Part shown: positions 1 through 12,941 of the stretch, piece after piece
How the letters are laid out: every line of letters begins with the position of its first letter
Numbering within the stretch: the first letter of the stretch is position 1
Origin: Marsupella aquatica
Taxonomy: Eukaryota > Plantae > Marchantiophyta
Assembly: GCA_973895155.1 (NCBI GenBank)
Contig: OZ316891.1
Coordinates: 12,894,771 to 12,958,770, forward strand
DNA length: 64,000 bases
Direction: 5' to 3'
Program-made: the position numbers and the translations under genes
Notes under the pieces: model-generated
Database searches by the model: none
What the model saw: only the letters and a program-made list of their open reading frames with translations
Told to the model about the DNA's origin: nothing

Positions 1-75
1 CAATGTACATTAAAAGTTCTACTGGATTTGCCTTCCTCACTTGGGAATTATTGCACGTTGAGTTATTGATATTTG

Positions 76-1048
76 GGCTTCTGAAGGTGTGGTAATTTGA
101 ATTGACTTTGTTGCACTGGTGGCCATGGTTAGGTGGCCAACACTTCAACAAATTATAACTACAGTGAACTCTGGATAAATGCACTCTCCATAAGAGCTTA
201 CCCTGGATTATTGCATGCCATCTTGTTCTTCCCCTTTTTTTTACACGGGATAAGCGATTTTTAAACATTTTTTCTAAGCGCACATAGGGCTAAAATCATT
301 CCACTAAATGAACAACTTTCTAAGCGCTTACCCTGGATAAGTGATTGAATGCGCTTATTTGTAAATGCATAAACTCCAGACATGTCATTTACCGATAAAG
401 GCATGCCCATTATTAGTAGAGTACATAATGCACTTAAGGAGTGTGGGCAAAGAATTAGGGCAGGGATTAAGGTACGAGGCTGACTATTGGGTCCATAGAG
501 CATGCGAACACTGTTGCGCATTGTAGCTTGTGGTACTGTAGCTTGTGAATCATTGGGGTAGTCAGGTGGAATCAACATGGAGGAAAGGAAGGTGACAATA
601 CTGACTCACAAGCAGAAAGCGAGAAATGTGTTGCCACAAGCAAAAGCATCCAGAGCTCACAAACAAAGCTCTAGTTGAATGGGCTTCAGAAACATTTGGG
701 TGCTAAGGTACATCAAACTACTGTTGGTTGAATCTTGAAGAAATCTTCTCATTGCTTGCCAATGTGACTGCAAATGAAGTCAAACCAACTCGTAGTGCAC
801 TTTGCCCAGATCTGGAAGAAACCCTGGATAATTACACATTTAACAAAGGATCCCAAACTAAGCACACTTATCTATTACAGCACTTTTATTGGGATGTGCA
901 CTTATCAAGTCATGCAACACCTGCTTAAGTGCACGCCAGATCTTTCTTCCCGAGAGGGTGCCTTTATCCAGAGTTCACTTTATTGGCTTCTGAAGGTTGG
1001 TAATTTGAACTTGACTTTGTTGCACTGGTGGCCCTGGTTAGGTGGCCA
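76..1048. repeat. Dispersed ~65-bp direct repeat (76-140 and 985-1048) plus recurring CTTACCCTGGAT-type motifs; probable decayed TE
   Basis: GGCTTCTGAAGGT..GACTTTGTTGCACTGGTGGCC..GGTTAGGTGGCCA occurs twice. ACCCTGGAT recurs near 200, 330 and 821. Confidence 0.55.
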
Positions 1049-2038
1049 GGACTTTAGACTAGGGTTCCATAGGCATACACGCAGGGAGTGCTTATACCCC
1101 CTCAATCCCCAGGACTGCAAGCAAGCCTCCACGCAGCATCCACAGTGAGAGCGGAGAGGTTTGGGGGCAGGGAGGGATTGCTTTGAGTTCCACCCCCCAC
1201 AACCCAAACCTTTCAAAAATGGACTTTTGGTAGGAAGGCCAGCAACTAGAAAATTTCAAACCTTCCAGCGTACTAAAAGGAAAAGACCAACAACTTCAAC
1301 CCCTGCCTAACAGTCTACTTTCATGATAAGGATGAAAACAATCTGTGCCCAAAACCAATGTCAAACGACACCAAACACACAACATAGAAGGGGAACTAAT
1401 ACAGAGGTCATTTGTTTTAATTTTCTTAAGGCACATTAGTTGGACAATACTTTAGACGACCTTTATACTCAGCAACAATTGTCGGTCATGGGGGAGACGA
1501 CCACTTTTCCTCACGTCTGTCCTGGAGTCGATTCATAACGACCTATCTGATGACCTTCTTAAGCCACTCGAAATACGAAATGTCTGTCTCGACGAACCTT
1601 TTTTCTTTGATAATTGGGACACATGTCACCCACCTCACCTTCCATTTTATTGAACCAATTGATGTGGATGTCCAAATCCGACACTCATAACATGCATATC
1701 CAGATCACAAAAATTTCCTAAGGGGTAAATTTCCTCAGAAAGCTCACCAAATGATCCAAATCAGAAAAAGTGTTTTATCCTCAATGAACCCAATGGGCTA
1801 TATCGTCTATCAATCAACCAGGTTTGACAAAAATGAGCACCAAAGCTCCTAGAACCTTTTTCGAGACCACCACGACTTCGTGCGACTTTGTCATCATAAG
1901 CACTGAAGTCGGGGTGACTAGAGCCCAATCTAGTGCATGCTGACCCAACATATTTCGTACCCCAATAGTGTGTGATGAAGTAATTGGCCTCTGACAAAAG
2001 TCATGATCCACATCTAAGTGGGCAGTTGTATCCCACTC

Positions 2039-4439
2039 TTATGAAGTTTTTAGTTCATCCATTCCAACACTTTGCTGCACACGAGAAACAAAATTAGCAT
2101 AATAACTTTAGCACCCAAGAACTCGAATACTTAACTGAAGTTGAGATGTTGACAGGCGGATAATCGGGCAGTAGAAAGGAAAGAGGAGATTTTCCCCAGG
2201 ATTCAGGTGGTAAGTTTTGAACAATTCGAGTCTTGAAGGCGCACCTAAACCCAAATAAGAATAAATCCTTATCAATCAAGCTACTGATTTGTCAAGCAGA
2301 GATACTGTGTTTATCTGGAAAGCTGAAAACCATATCAGAAAAACTAACCAGAAATTTATGATTCTCGCTGAGGACAGGAGAAAACTTTGTCACAAACTGT
2401 CCAATGTCGTCATCCAAAGTACCGTCTCCTCCAAGCATGGAGTAAAACTTCTTCCTGTCAGGTATAAGTTTCAGAGCGACCTGCAACGCAAATGCACCTG
2501 AAATTGTTCATACCCTGAAAAATCACTACTATCATATCGTGCACACTATTGACCAACATCAAGGTCAATGAATTTTGCTTTTAATGCTAACATCGAGGTT
2601 AAGCTAGGACAATCCAGCCAAGTTCCTTGCAGAAGGTCTCGTCCTTGGCACTGGGCTGCAGAGTTTTATGAATGTAACAAAGGTTCCCAATTACCGCGAA
2701 AGCTGCACTTGCTATCCACCCATGCCACGGCTTCAGAGTCCCAGCATAAGCCGCGTTGGCAGCTTGTGTCATTGTCCAGTCTGGATGCTCAAGAAGATTC
2801 CTAAAAAGCTCTACCAAGAAGTCCATAGCTCTGACAGAGTTCAACAGATACATACATCAGTTCCCATGTACATAATGGTATCGTAGAATATTGGTCCAGA
2901 GTCCAAAAGATTTCGACAGGAACTGGACATGATATTAAGAGGAATTATCCCACCTAAAGTCCTTAACCAAGCATTCCTCCCTGCTCATAGATGGTACTTC
3001 CAGCCAGCATCTCAACTTACTCCCAAAGTAAGCCTCTAGACTTCTAAGAGGCAGAAAGCAATCGCACCTTGTCAACCAGAGAAGACCATTTGTACAGCTT
3101 GACGATTGCTTTGCTGTCTTATCTGCGACTTCCTTGCGGACAATGTCATACAGAAGGCGATAGGATGTCGGATCTGTTTCATACTTGGCTTCCAATCTCT
3201 GCAAGGACACAAAGCCACAATGAGATGGAGTCAGTTTCTCCAGGAAGCTATTCGCTTCCTGGTTATAAATGTATTCGAAGGGGAAAAGTCATCATGCGGA
3301 AATCACTACACTCCTCATAAAAACATACCTAAATTAACCTCTTTTGCCATCTGATTCTGGGGTAAGCACTGTGCGCTGGGTCCAACTTTAGAAATCAATC
3401 GTTCCAAAGCCCCTTCATACTGATTAAAAACACGTACGAGACCCATCACCCAATTGTACGAGAGAGCAGCTGATATACTAAATGATCGTAACAACCACAA
3501 TTGGTTTCTGATAACGCAAGTCTAGTGGTTTTGCAATGCAAGACTCGAGACTCGGGAAATGTAAGGATTTGGAAAGAGCAGCTTGAAACTCTCCTGGACT
3601 ATGGAACGCTTAGAATGCTGCCAACTACCAGTTTCCGATCCCTAAAACTCTACAGGAACATGCATATAGAAATTACATTATTAATCACCTTAATCTCCAC
3701 CCTAATAATCTATAGCCCGCGACAGTTCACTTTCGTAAGGAGAGACAGAGATTGAATGATTACCGAGATGTTGCCACCGATATCGGATTTCACAAGCGCC
3801 ATTGAACTTCCAAATTTATCTGCAGACACATGCGAAGACTTATTGATCTTGCCCACATATGGCCGGTAGATTCCGAAACTGTAGCACAACGGTTTCCCGG
3901 AAAAGCCCGTTGGACCCTTGGCAGACAAGTAAGCGAACCAGTCAGTAGTTTTGACGCTTCTCAAACAAACACCACTCCCACAAGCCCTCGCAAGGAGAGC
4001 ACCCCTGTCTTGAGAACAAGGAAACAAGGGTTTCGGAATCACGGGTTCGAGAGTCAAAATGGTTCCTGAATGGGAAACTTTGTCAGGCAGAACTATAACA
4101 CCCCGAGTTTTTTAGACAATTTCCCTTGAAACTGCAAATTCTAGGTGAGGCGTGAGAACGGTTCTGCATAATTGCACGACTTTGATGATTCAAGTTCTCA
4201 GATTGGAAGCCACAGTGTGACAGCGAGGCCCAGGTGGACTTGGATCAAGGAGGAACGTCCTCGCAGACGCCGCGCTTACCAATCACGGGCAGCGTCGACC
4301 GGGACAGATCAAGAAACGACTTTGTCAGAATATCACCATTGTCACTCCGCATTTGGCTCAAGATATCTGCAGTAGGGGCAAAGTCACTGGGTCCCATTCC
4401 TCTGTTACGCTCCTCCCTAAAATGAGCGCTTGCCGCCAT
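2039..4439 (-). CDS. GLTP1: Glycolipid transfer protein (GLTP domain), 6 coding exons: 4439-4280, 3819-3764, 3198-3068, 2830-2695, 2480-2349, 2074-2039
   Basis: Spliced translation: MAASAH..ILTKSFLDLSRSTLPVI/DKFGSSMALVKSDIGGNIS/RLE..SSSCTNGLLWLTR/AMDFLVELFRNLLEHPDW..LKPWHGWIASAAFA/VALKLIPDRKKF..ENHKFL/QSVGMDELKTS*. All introns are GT-AG and in phase, and the motifs match plant GLTP1. The start could instead be the downstream Met (MGPSDF). Confidence 0.93.
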
Positions 4440-5296
4440 TGAAAGAAGACTTCCCTTTAGCACAGAAGGAAATGCTCAATTTCACTATGTTGTTACAGTC
4501 AGTCGTTTCAAAATATGCAACTGATCTGAATCACTTAACTCCTCCCTCACAACCGGTGAGAACTACAAAGGCTGCAAGGAGTTCCACTTCTTGACTAAAT
4601 AGCGTGCTACGAAGCAAAGGTGAAAGAACAGATTGAAGATACTAATAGTTGGGTACCCATGGACCTCTAATGTGCGACCTGCCATTAGCAAGGGCCTGTC
4701 TTAATCTTGATCAGCCGAGTCTGCCACAGATCTGGAGTAGGCTACAACAGAATCTTACTTGCCAGGGTATATCAGTGCTAAAACACTCAGATCTCTGTTT
4801 GCGGAGTCCTCCCAAAGACAGAAAGTTCACTGCCGCTTGACAGGCTGTAAACTCGAGATGATCTAAGTGGAACTCTGATTAGAATGTGAGCGTCACACCC
4901 TTTCATGGCTGATTAAGTGCAGTAGTTGGCAAATTAAATCCAAGATTTCTAACACAACAGTATGAGATTCAGATAGACATGACAAAACAATACAACCTCT
5001 TCAACAAGGACATTTGTGACGAGAAAGCAACTTATCAAAATGAGTCAGGAAACTCACCAAGAACGGGCAGAATAAGACTGCAAAGTTTCAGGAAAGGCTT
5101 GCAAAGCAGCTTTCCTTCTGGAGACGTGATGTCACGAAATGACTCCAATGCCGGCGTAAAAACACTGCCCGACATCTTGCCTAAGTACTGTGTTCCCCTT
5201 CGTTCAAATTAGACGCAATCGACCCGCGGGTTGAATCCTGCCGAAAACCCTCCCGTCAAAACCCTGTCTCTTCTACTTCCTCACACATCTGGAATG

Positions 5297-5680
5297 AGCA
5301 TACCGTCTAGTCAACACGTCTACTGTAGTTGATAGATCGGTGCCCACAAGCAGGCTCCACAGAATTGGCATACCACAATCAAGATCACAAGCATACCGTC
5401 TAGTCGACACGTCTAGTTGATAGATCGGTGCCCACAAGCACGCTTCACAGAATTGGCATACCACAATCAAGATCACACCTATCCCCTGGGTCACAAACCT
5501 TCGATCGTCCCCTCGCTGATGTTCCAGCAGCTGCAATTCGACGACTATGTCACTCGAGAACGCTCTCCAAATCTTCCACACTCCGATCAAATCTTTCCTT
5601 CCTTGTTGTACCTACGAACAATGTCATTCGAGAACGCTTTCCAAATCTTCCGCACTCTGATGAACTCTTCCCTTCCTTGT
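5297..5680. repeat. Two adjacent tandem duplications (~90 bp x2 at 5297-5478; ~74 bp x2 at 5546-5680)
   Basis: AGCATACCGTCTAGTC..GAATTGGCATACCACAATCAAGATCACA occurs twice. GAGAACGCT(C/T)TCCAAATCTTCC..CCTTCCTTGT occurs twice. Confidence 0.85.
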
Positions 5681-5983
5681 AGACCTACATACGAGATTAT
5701 GAGATCGAGCTGGTAAAGTAAGAGGCTCCGGTCTTCTTGGTTATACAGGTGCACACGTGTCGCAAATGTCTGTCTGTAGTCCTTGTTTAGGAGTAGTCAA
5801 AAAGATGGCAATGTACAATTCTACAGTATTTAATCTCACACTGTCTATTTAGTGTGACATTATATTTGGGGTCCTGGTTGAACCTGATGGGCAAGTTGTC
5901 GGTTTGCTGGGCACGTAAAACCATCAAATGATAGCTCCAAAATGATCAATTTGACGTATATTCCCTGTTATTCTCTCAAACTC

Positions 5984-6235
5984 TCCCGGTTCCCGACCCG
6001 GCCTCCCGAACCCCTCCCGGACCCCTCCCAAACTCCTCCCCGGCCTCCCGGATCCTCCCGAACCCGGCCTCCCAAACTCCTCCCGGACCCCTCCCAAACC
6101 CCTCCCCGGCCTCCCAGATCCTCCCGAACGCGGCCCAGACCCGGCCTCCCGCATCCTCTCGAACCCCTCCCAGACCCCTCCCAAACCCCTCCTCGACCTC
6201 CTGGGTCCCCCCTCACACCCGGACCGACCCCGATT
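5984..6235. repeat. C-rich (G-rich on minus strand) degenerate minisatellite
   Basis: Repeated GAACCCCTCCCGGACCCCTCCCAAAC and CCCCGGCCTCCCGGATCCTCCC blocks. Confidence 0.85.
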
Positions 6236-6614
6236 CCGGGAGACCGGGTTTCAGGTTTTTGGTTTGACGCCCCAAAAAGCCCAATTTGACGGGCAAGGTC
6301 AAACCGGGCTTGGGGTGGGTGACTGTAATGTAATTAGTGTGTGTGACACTAACATGGTAGGACATTAATTGTGGTCACAAGTTAGGTAGTGTCACACTCA
6401 CTTATATTACAGAATGGGCAATACTCAAAATTTGCATATAACAAATATGAAAATTGGTGCAATATTTTACTATGGTTTACAAGATTCACATGTGCTACTC
6501 AAATATATGGAGCAAACTTCATGAATTCCTTAGCGCTGAACAAAAAATTACAATTATGGCTTGGTTTACAAAATTCACATGTGCTACTCAAATATATGGA
6601 GCAAACTTCATGCA

Positions 6615-6728
6615 TGTGAGAGTATGAATGGAATGAATCATGTATAGTCTGTGGTGGTTGGTACGTATAGTGGTGTCGGTCCGGTGACTGGTTGATCCGG
6701 TCGTCCGGTCACCAGGTAGAGTCTAACA
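6615..6728 (-). repeat. 3' LTR (114 bp) of the Bianca element
   Basis: TGTGAGAGTATG..GAGTCTAACA; 113/114 identical to 12942-13055. Confidence 0.96.
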
Positions 6729-7040
6729 CTCCCCTTTGGATATATAGTGACAACTATGTAGACAACATAGACTATACCTATTATATCATGTTCATAGAAA
6801 ATACATGATATAAGTACAAGCGAGGTAGACTGCCTCGTTAAAAAACCTTTATCAACTCTAGCTTAGTAAAAACTCTACCAGTGTAGCAGAGAAAAAATAT
6901 GAGTGCTAAAGGAAAAAGAGTGCAGCCTAACAGTCCTCGTCGTAATAAATGTCAGTATTAAATAAAGTCAGATGTTATAGTAAATCTAGCTTTAATATTT
7001 GTCTCAACGGTAGGTCGTCAGCATCATGTCATCAGCAGCA

Positions 7041-10000
7041 TCAATCGTCATGTGGAGTAGCAGCCTCCATGGTCATCATGCGTCGCACGCTCCGCAGTCC
7101 AATTGCCTGGCAGTGTCGATGGTGAATTGATGGTGATAGTGATTTGGTGAAGAGATCCGCACAGTTGTCTGCACTTGAAATCTGCAAAATGTTGATCTCT
7201 TTTCCATGTAATTCGTGGGTGTAGAAAAACTTTGGAGCTATATGCTTCACGCGATCGCCTTTGATGAATCCTTTCGTGATCTGCTGTATACATGCTGCGT
7301 TATCCTCAAAAATGTTAGTAGGCTTCGTTAGTGGTGGTAGGTCGCATTTGGTGTTGATGTGGTTTATAAAGGATCGTAACCAAACGGCTTCACGACTAGC
7401 CTCATGTAGAGCTAAGACTTCTGAGTGGTTCGATGAGGTTGCTGTTAGGGTCTGTTTCACGCTTTTCCAAGAAAAAGCGGTACCCCCTATGGTAAAAACA
7501 TATCCGGTTTGGGATTTTGCGGTATCAGTGTCGGAGAGATATCCGGCATCCGCATATCCTATGAGCTCGTGGTTTGCACCGAATGGGTAGAATAACCCGG
7601 TATCGGTGGTTCCATGTAGATATCTAAATACGTGCTTAACTCCATTCCAGTGTCTGGTTGCGGGGGTTGCACTATGTCTAGCTAGTAAGTTAACTGCAAA
7701 TGCAATGTCTGGTCGTGTCTGATTTGCTAGATACATTAATGCTCCTATCACAGAAAGATACGGAGTTTCTGGTCCTAATAGTGGTTCATGTTCTTCGCGT
7801 TTGCGAAAAACATCAGTATTGTTTTCTAATGAACGTACAACCATTGGTGATGTCAATGGGTGTGCTAGGTTCATATTGAACTGTTTTAGGATCTTTTCAG
7901 TTTGTGTGGTTTGATGGAGCATCATGCCAGTAGGTAAGATCTCCAGTTGTAATCCTAAGCAAAAGTTTGTATGTCCAAGGTCTTTCATCTCAAATGTTGA
8001 TTTAAGACTAGTAATAGTATCTTCTGTAATTTGGGGTGTCCCAAATATATTTAAGTCATCAACATAAATAGAAACGATGACATATTCGTCATCCACATGT
8101 TTAATAAATAAACATGGTGTAATGGCATCATGGGTAAAACCCATAGTAATCATTTCATCAGTAAATCGTTGATACCATACTCTGCCACTTTGTTTCAGGC
8201 CATATAATGCCTTCAACACGTGGATAGCTAGTCCGCGGCGAGTATTTCGTACGGTTGACACAGCGGTGTCGTTATTATGAGTTACATGTGTAGATGACAT
8301 ATGAGGTGTAACTTGAGATAATTGTTTTATAATCTTATGTAAATATGGAATATGCGATTTAGCGCCTTGAGCTAAAGCTTGGCGACATTGTTCCAATTCG
8401 GGAGGTGATCGCATGTATAGACAAGTGTCTAAATTTCCATATAGATATGCGGTTGCAACATCCAGTTGTCACATTTGTAGTTTATGGAAAATGGCAAATC
8501 CGATAAGGTATCGGAATGTTGTGCTATCCATAACCGGTGAGTAAGTTTCATCGTAATGAATTCCCGGTTGTTGTGTAAATCCTTTCCCTACCAGACGTGC
8601 TTTATAGCGTACAACTTGGCCTTTATCATTTCTTTTGCGGACAAATGTCCACTTGTAGCCAATTAGGTGTATGTCTTGCGGTGTTGGCTCGACTGGGCCA
8701 AAAGTGTGTCTGCTGAGTAGGGAATCTAATTCTCCATTTATAGCTTTTTGCCATTCAAGCCAGTCTGGTCTGTTTTGGCATTCTAAGATAGATATTGGTT
8801 CGGGTGTATCATCAGTGATATGTGTTGCCACCATTAATGCAAAAGCATCATCTATTGAAGTAGTATTTCTATCCCACATCATACCGGTGTGTGCGTAGTG
8901 GATAGAAATCTCTTCATGAGTTGTGGATTCAGTATGATCGACATCAGGTGAAGGTGGTATAGATGAACCGCGCCTTCTTGGTTGTTTATCCTTTGATCCC
9001 AAGGGTCTGCCACATTTGGCACGAGGCTGGGATGTATTTGCTGGCTCACTTGATAATTCGATGCGAGCAGATGCTCTCGTAGCTGGAATATGTGAGCGGG
9101 TAACTTGTGATGTATCAACAAAAGCGTCTGGAAGTTCTTCCACAATCTTGTGGAGTTGCAAAATTCGCTGAACTTCTTTCTCCCCTTGATTGGTTTGAAG
9201 GTCTTGCCAAAATGGCGAATGTCTTTCCCACTCCAAAGGTGGTTGTGGGTGTTTAGGGGTTATTAATGATGGATAAACGTGTTCATCAAAATGGCAATCT
9301 AGGAATCTAGATTTAAAGACGTCGCCAGTTGTAGGCTCCATATATCGGATTATGGACGGAGAGTCGAATCCGATGTATATCCCCAACTATCGTTGGGGTC
9401 CCATCTTGGTTCATTTAGGTGGAGTAATGGGGACCATTACTTGACATCCAAATGAACGAAGGTGGGATAAGTCAGGTTTTATACCATTAGCAATTTGGTA
9501 TAGGCTATAGGTATTAAAAGCCGATGGGCGGTATTGAATTAATGCATTAGCCTGTAATATGGCGTGTCCCCATGCTGAGACTGGGAGTTTTGACTGCATT
9601 AGTAGTGGGCGTGCGATTAACTGAAGGCGTTTAATGACCGCTTCAGCTAATCCGTTTTGAAAATGCACGTGGGGTACAGGATATTGTACGTCTATGCCAA
9701 GTGATGTGCAAAAGTCATCAAATGTTTCGGATGTGAATTCCCCTGCATTGTCCACCCTGAGTGTCTTAATGGGGTGATCTGGGAATTGTGCTTTCACGCG
9801 CAAGATTTGCGCCAAAATGCGAGGCATAACCATGTTCCTCGTTGAAAGCAGGGTCACATTTGACCATTTAGTGGATGCGTCGATTAATACCATAAAGTAG
9901 CGGAAAGGTCCGCTTGGTGGGTTAATTGGCCCGCAAACATCTGCATGGATTATTTCCAAGAATTGGGGTATTTTAGTTGGCAATTTTGATGCCGTGGGCC

Positions 10001-11680
10001 TTGTTATTAGTTTGCCGCGTGACCATGCAGTGCATGGGGTGCTCGCTGGAATGTGGCGTGTATTGATTGGAATGCCTCTTGAATTCTTAATGATTTTGGT
10101 TAGCATTGATTGGCCGGGGTGGCCGAGGCGTGCATGCCAAAGCGCATGCAATTCGCTTGTGTTGGCATTGTTATGCAAGCATTCAATATGAGTTACATAA
10201 AACCCGCAGGGGTACGAGAAAAGGGTTTCTTTAATGATTTTCCCCGTATGGGTATTTTCAACCAAGTGTATCACTTCCTGATCTCTGGTATCGCCCGTTT
10301 GGACATGTAGTCCGTTCGCTCGTATATCTCTAAAACTGAGGAGATTATGGGTTGCGTTCGGGGCAAAAATAGCAGATTCTATGTGGATAGCTGTACCCTG
10401 CGGGAGTCTAATGGAAGCTGGGCCAAAGCCCTCTTCTATTTGGCTAGGGCCATTGATAGTGGTTAGGGATCGACGTGAGGGTGTAATCTTGTGGAAAAGG
10501 TGCCTATCCCTGAGGATAGTATGCGTGGTCGCACTGTCGATAATACATGTGCTTGGACTATTTAAATTTGGTGTAGTGGAGCTATTTGCCACTAAGTGTG
10601 CCTCGGGTTGGGCAGGTAGGTCTGAAAAGTCTTGGAATGGGTCACTAGACTCCATAAACGCCCCGTGGGTTTCACGGGGTGGTGGCCTAGAGGTTTGTCC
10701 ATCCTGGATGGACCGTTGGTATAGATCTCTAAGGTGTTGCGGGATTCTACAGTTTCTTGCTAGGTGGTTTGTCATGCCACATTCATGGCATTTCGGTCGT
10801 TCCCGTTGTTGTCGGGATTGTGACCAATCATTTCTACGGTTGTTGTTATATGTTCTACCACTGCTGCGTCCTCCGCGTCTGCCATGTCCTTCTCGTCCAC
10901 CACGTCCTCTAAAGGTTCCTTGGGAGTTATATTGTGGACGTTGGTTATAGAAACTCCCCCTATTGTGGGTGTTTCTCTGGTTGGTATTCTTAGTGCGTTT
11001 AATGTCTTGCCTCGATGTGGAGGGTTCATCGTTTTCTATGTTATGGGTTTCATTCTGTTGTCCTGAGGGCATTGTGCCCGCAGGTCATTTTCTAGAGTTT
11101 ACGAAAAGAAGTTCTTGGTTTCTTTCGGTGACTAGGAGGTGGGCTATGAGCTCGGAGTATTGCCCGAACTTCATGTTTCGATACTGTGTTGATAGCCACA
11201 CATTCGATGAATGAAATGTTGACAAGGTCTTCTCTAGCAGATCCTTGTCTGTGACCGGCTCGCCACATAGTGCGAGGGTTGATGTTATTCTAAAGAGTTC
11301 GCTATTGTAGGCTAAAATAGAGGTAAAGTCCTGGACTCGTAGGTTTAGCCAGTCTTGCCTGGCTTTAGGCAGTTCGACCAGTTTTTGGTGGTCGAATCGG
11401 GTTTGGAGCGCTGTCCAAAGTTCACGGGGGTTGAGAGGTGCATGTATTGTCTTTGTAGGAATCTATGGATATGGCGTCTAAGGAATACGAGAGCCTTAGA
11501 TTCATTGGCTTTAGTTAACGGGTCTGGTTGGGGTTCGCCAGCTAGTATAGGTTGAGCCATCCCTATAGCTGGGAGTAAGGTTAGCGAGGTTAGGTTTTCT
11601 TTTAGGTTCATGGACCATTCTAGGTAGTTGCCACCATCTATTTCTAGGGCGGGGAAGGTGAGTTTCTCAAGGTTGGCCAT
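7041..11680 (-). pseudogene. Disrupted copia gag-pol polyprotein
   Basis: Motifs: CHECGMTNHLARNC zinc knuckle, CIIDSATTH protease, WHARLGH GAG-pre-integrase, IHADVCGP/RVDNAGEF/QNGLAE integrase, YVDD RT, GYADAGY/FEDNAAC/ADLFTK RNase H. Lesions: 1-bp frameshift in the G-run at ~11426-11430 and in-frame stops at 11085-11087, 9411-9413, 9387-9389 and 8469-8471. Confidence 0.93.
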
Positions 11681-12927
11681 CTCTAAGGTCCTGGTGTGCA
11701 GCGGTGGTGTGGGTGTTGATATAATATATATGTAGTCAAAAGACAATGCACATTTTCCGCATGCAATGGTGGAGAAAGGGTTGAGGAGAGCAATCTAAGT
11801 CGTGGGCAAGTAAAGCAAGAATGATTGGGTTTTTGCGGAATTTAGGTTTTGCACTTAGTAAGTTGGTTTTCTTTGTAAATGTATAACTGCATTATCTTCT
11901 TTGTATTTTAGGATTCCTTTGTATTTTGGTGCAGTTATCCGGTTGTGCACTTAGGGTTGCAGTTATGTGTTTTAGTGCTCTTCTTCCTTTGTTATTTCGA
12001 GTTCCATTGGAAATGAGTTGCGCTTAGGGATGGATTGGCGGTTAGGTAATTTATCTCGTGGGGCTATGGTGCCCCTCTCGATCTGGTTTGCCTTCACGAT
12101 TTCCTTCAATGTCTTGGCTATGGCCGATTGCTTGGTTCTTCTCGCCCTTCCTTGATTTTCCCTCTCGTCCTCCTTTGATGGCGTTCTTGGGCACTTCTTT
12201 CTTCCTTCTTTGGTCCAAGCTAATCAGTGCGCGAGCTATCGTTCAACATCGGGCATTCATCACCCCTATCCGCTTTGATTTTCTAAGAAGGTCTTATGGT
12301 CGATTTGTGTCTCAACTTTTGTTTCTTCGTTTGCCTTCGCTGCTGTTCTTCTCGAATCCAGGCTGTTTTATCTCGGGACCGTGAAATTGCAATCCTTCGA
12401 TCAGAAAGGGGGCATTTTCTGCTTCAACATCGGGCTCCCTCGCTCCCTATCTCCTTCGATTTCTCTATCCTCTCGAAAGAGTCTTCGCCTCCTTGTTTTG
12501 CTGCTGTGTTCTCGAAAGCAACAATCGCAGGCGTAGGGGCAGAGCGGTGTGCCACCAGCTTTCTGCTTATTCCATTTCAATTCATCCTCCCCATAAACTG
12601 TCAATTCATCCGCAGTCTTCTTCCGACGTTTGCTCAAACCAGGCTCTACTTCTAATGATGAATTTCCATCAATCCTTATCGATGTGTTTCTTCGATCCTT
12701 ATGAACTTTTCAGTTTCTGCTTGACTCTCTGGTTTTCTTCTCGATTCTCTATTCGGAATTCTCTTCAAGTCCTTATGAATTCTGTGTTTTTCTGCCCTCG
12801 ACTCTTTGATCTTGGATCCAATGTCTTTGTGCTCCTTAGATTTTAAAGTCGTCCTCTCGATCCCCCATAAAAAAATTTCAATCTTCCCTGGTCTTCTCCT
12901 TTCTATCTCGCTCCGCTGGCTGAGTCC

Positions 12928-12941
12928 TCGTGCTGATAACG
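12928..12941 (-). promoter_or_regulatory. Primer-binding site complementary to the anticodon arm of tRNA-Ile (half-tRNA priming)
   Basis: Minus-strand CGTTATCAGCACGA directly abuts the 5' LTR. It lacks the TGG start of PBSs that pair with a tRNA 3' end. Confidence 0.8.

Noticed and set aside
5924-6289. Pro-rich and Gly/Arg-rich ORFs on both strands
   Set aside because: Artefact of the C/G-rich minisatellite; all frames are open for compositional reasons.
10381-10950. 189-aa plus-strand ORF in the copia element
   Set aside because: Antisense shadow of gag-PR with no independent motifs.
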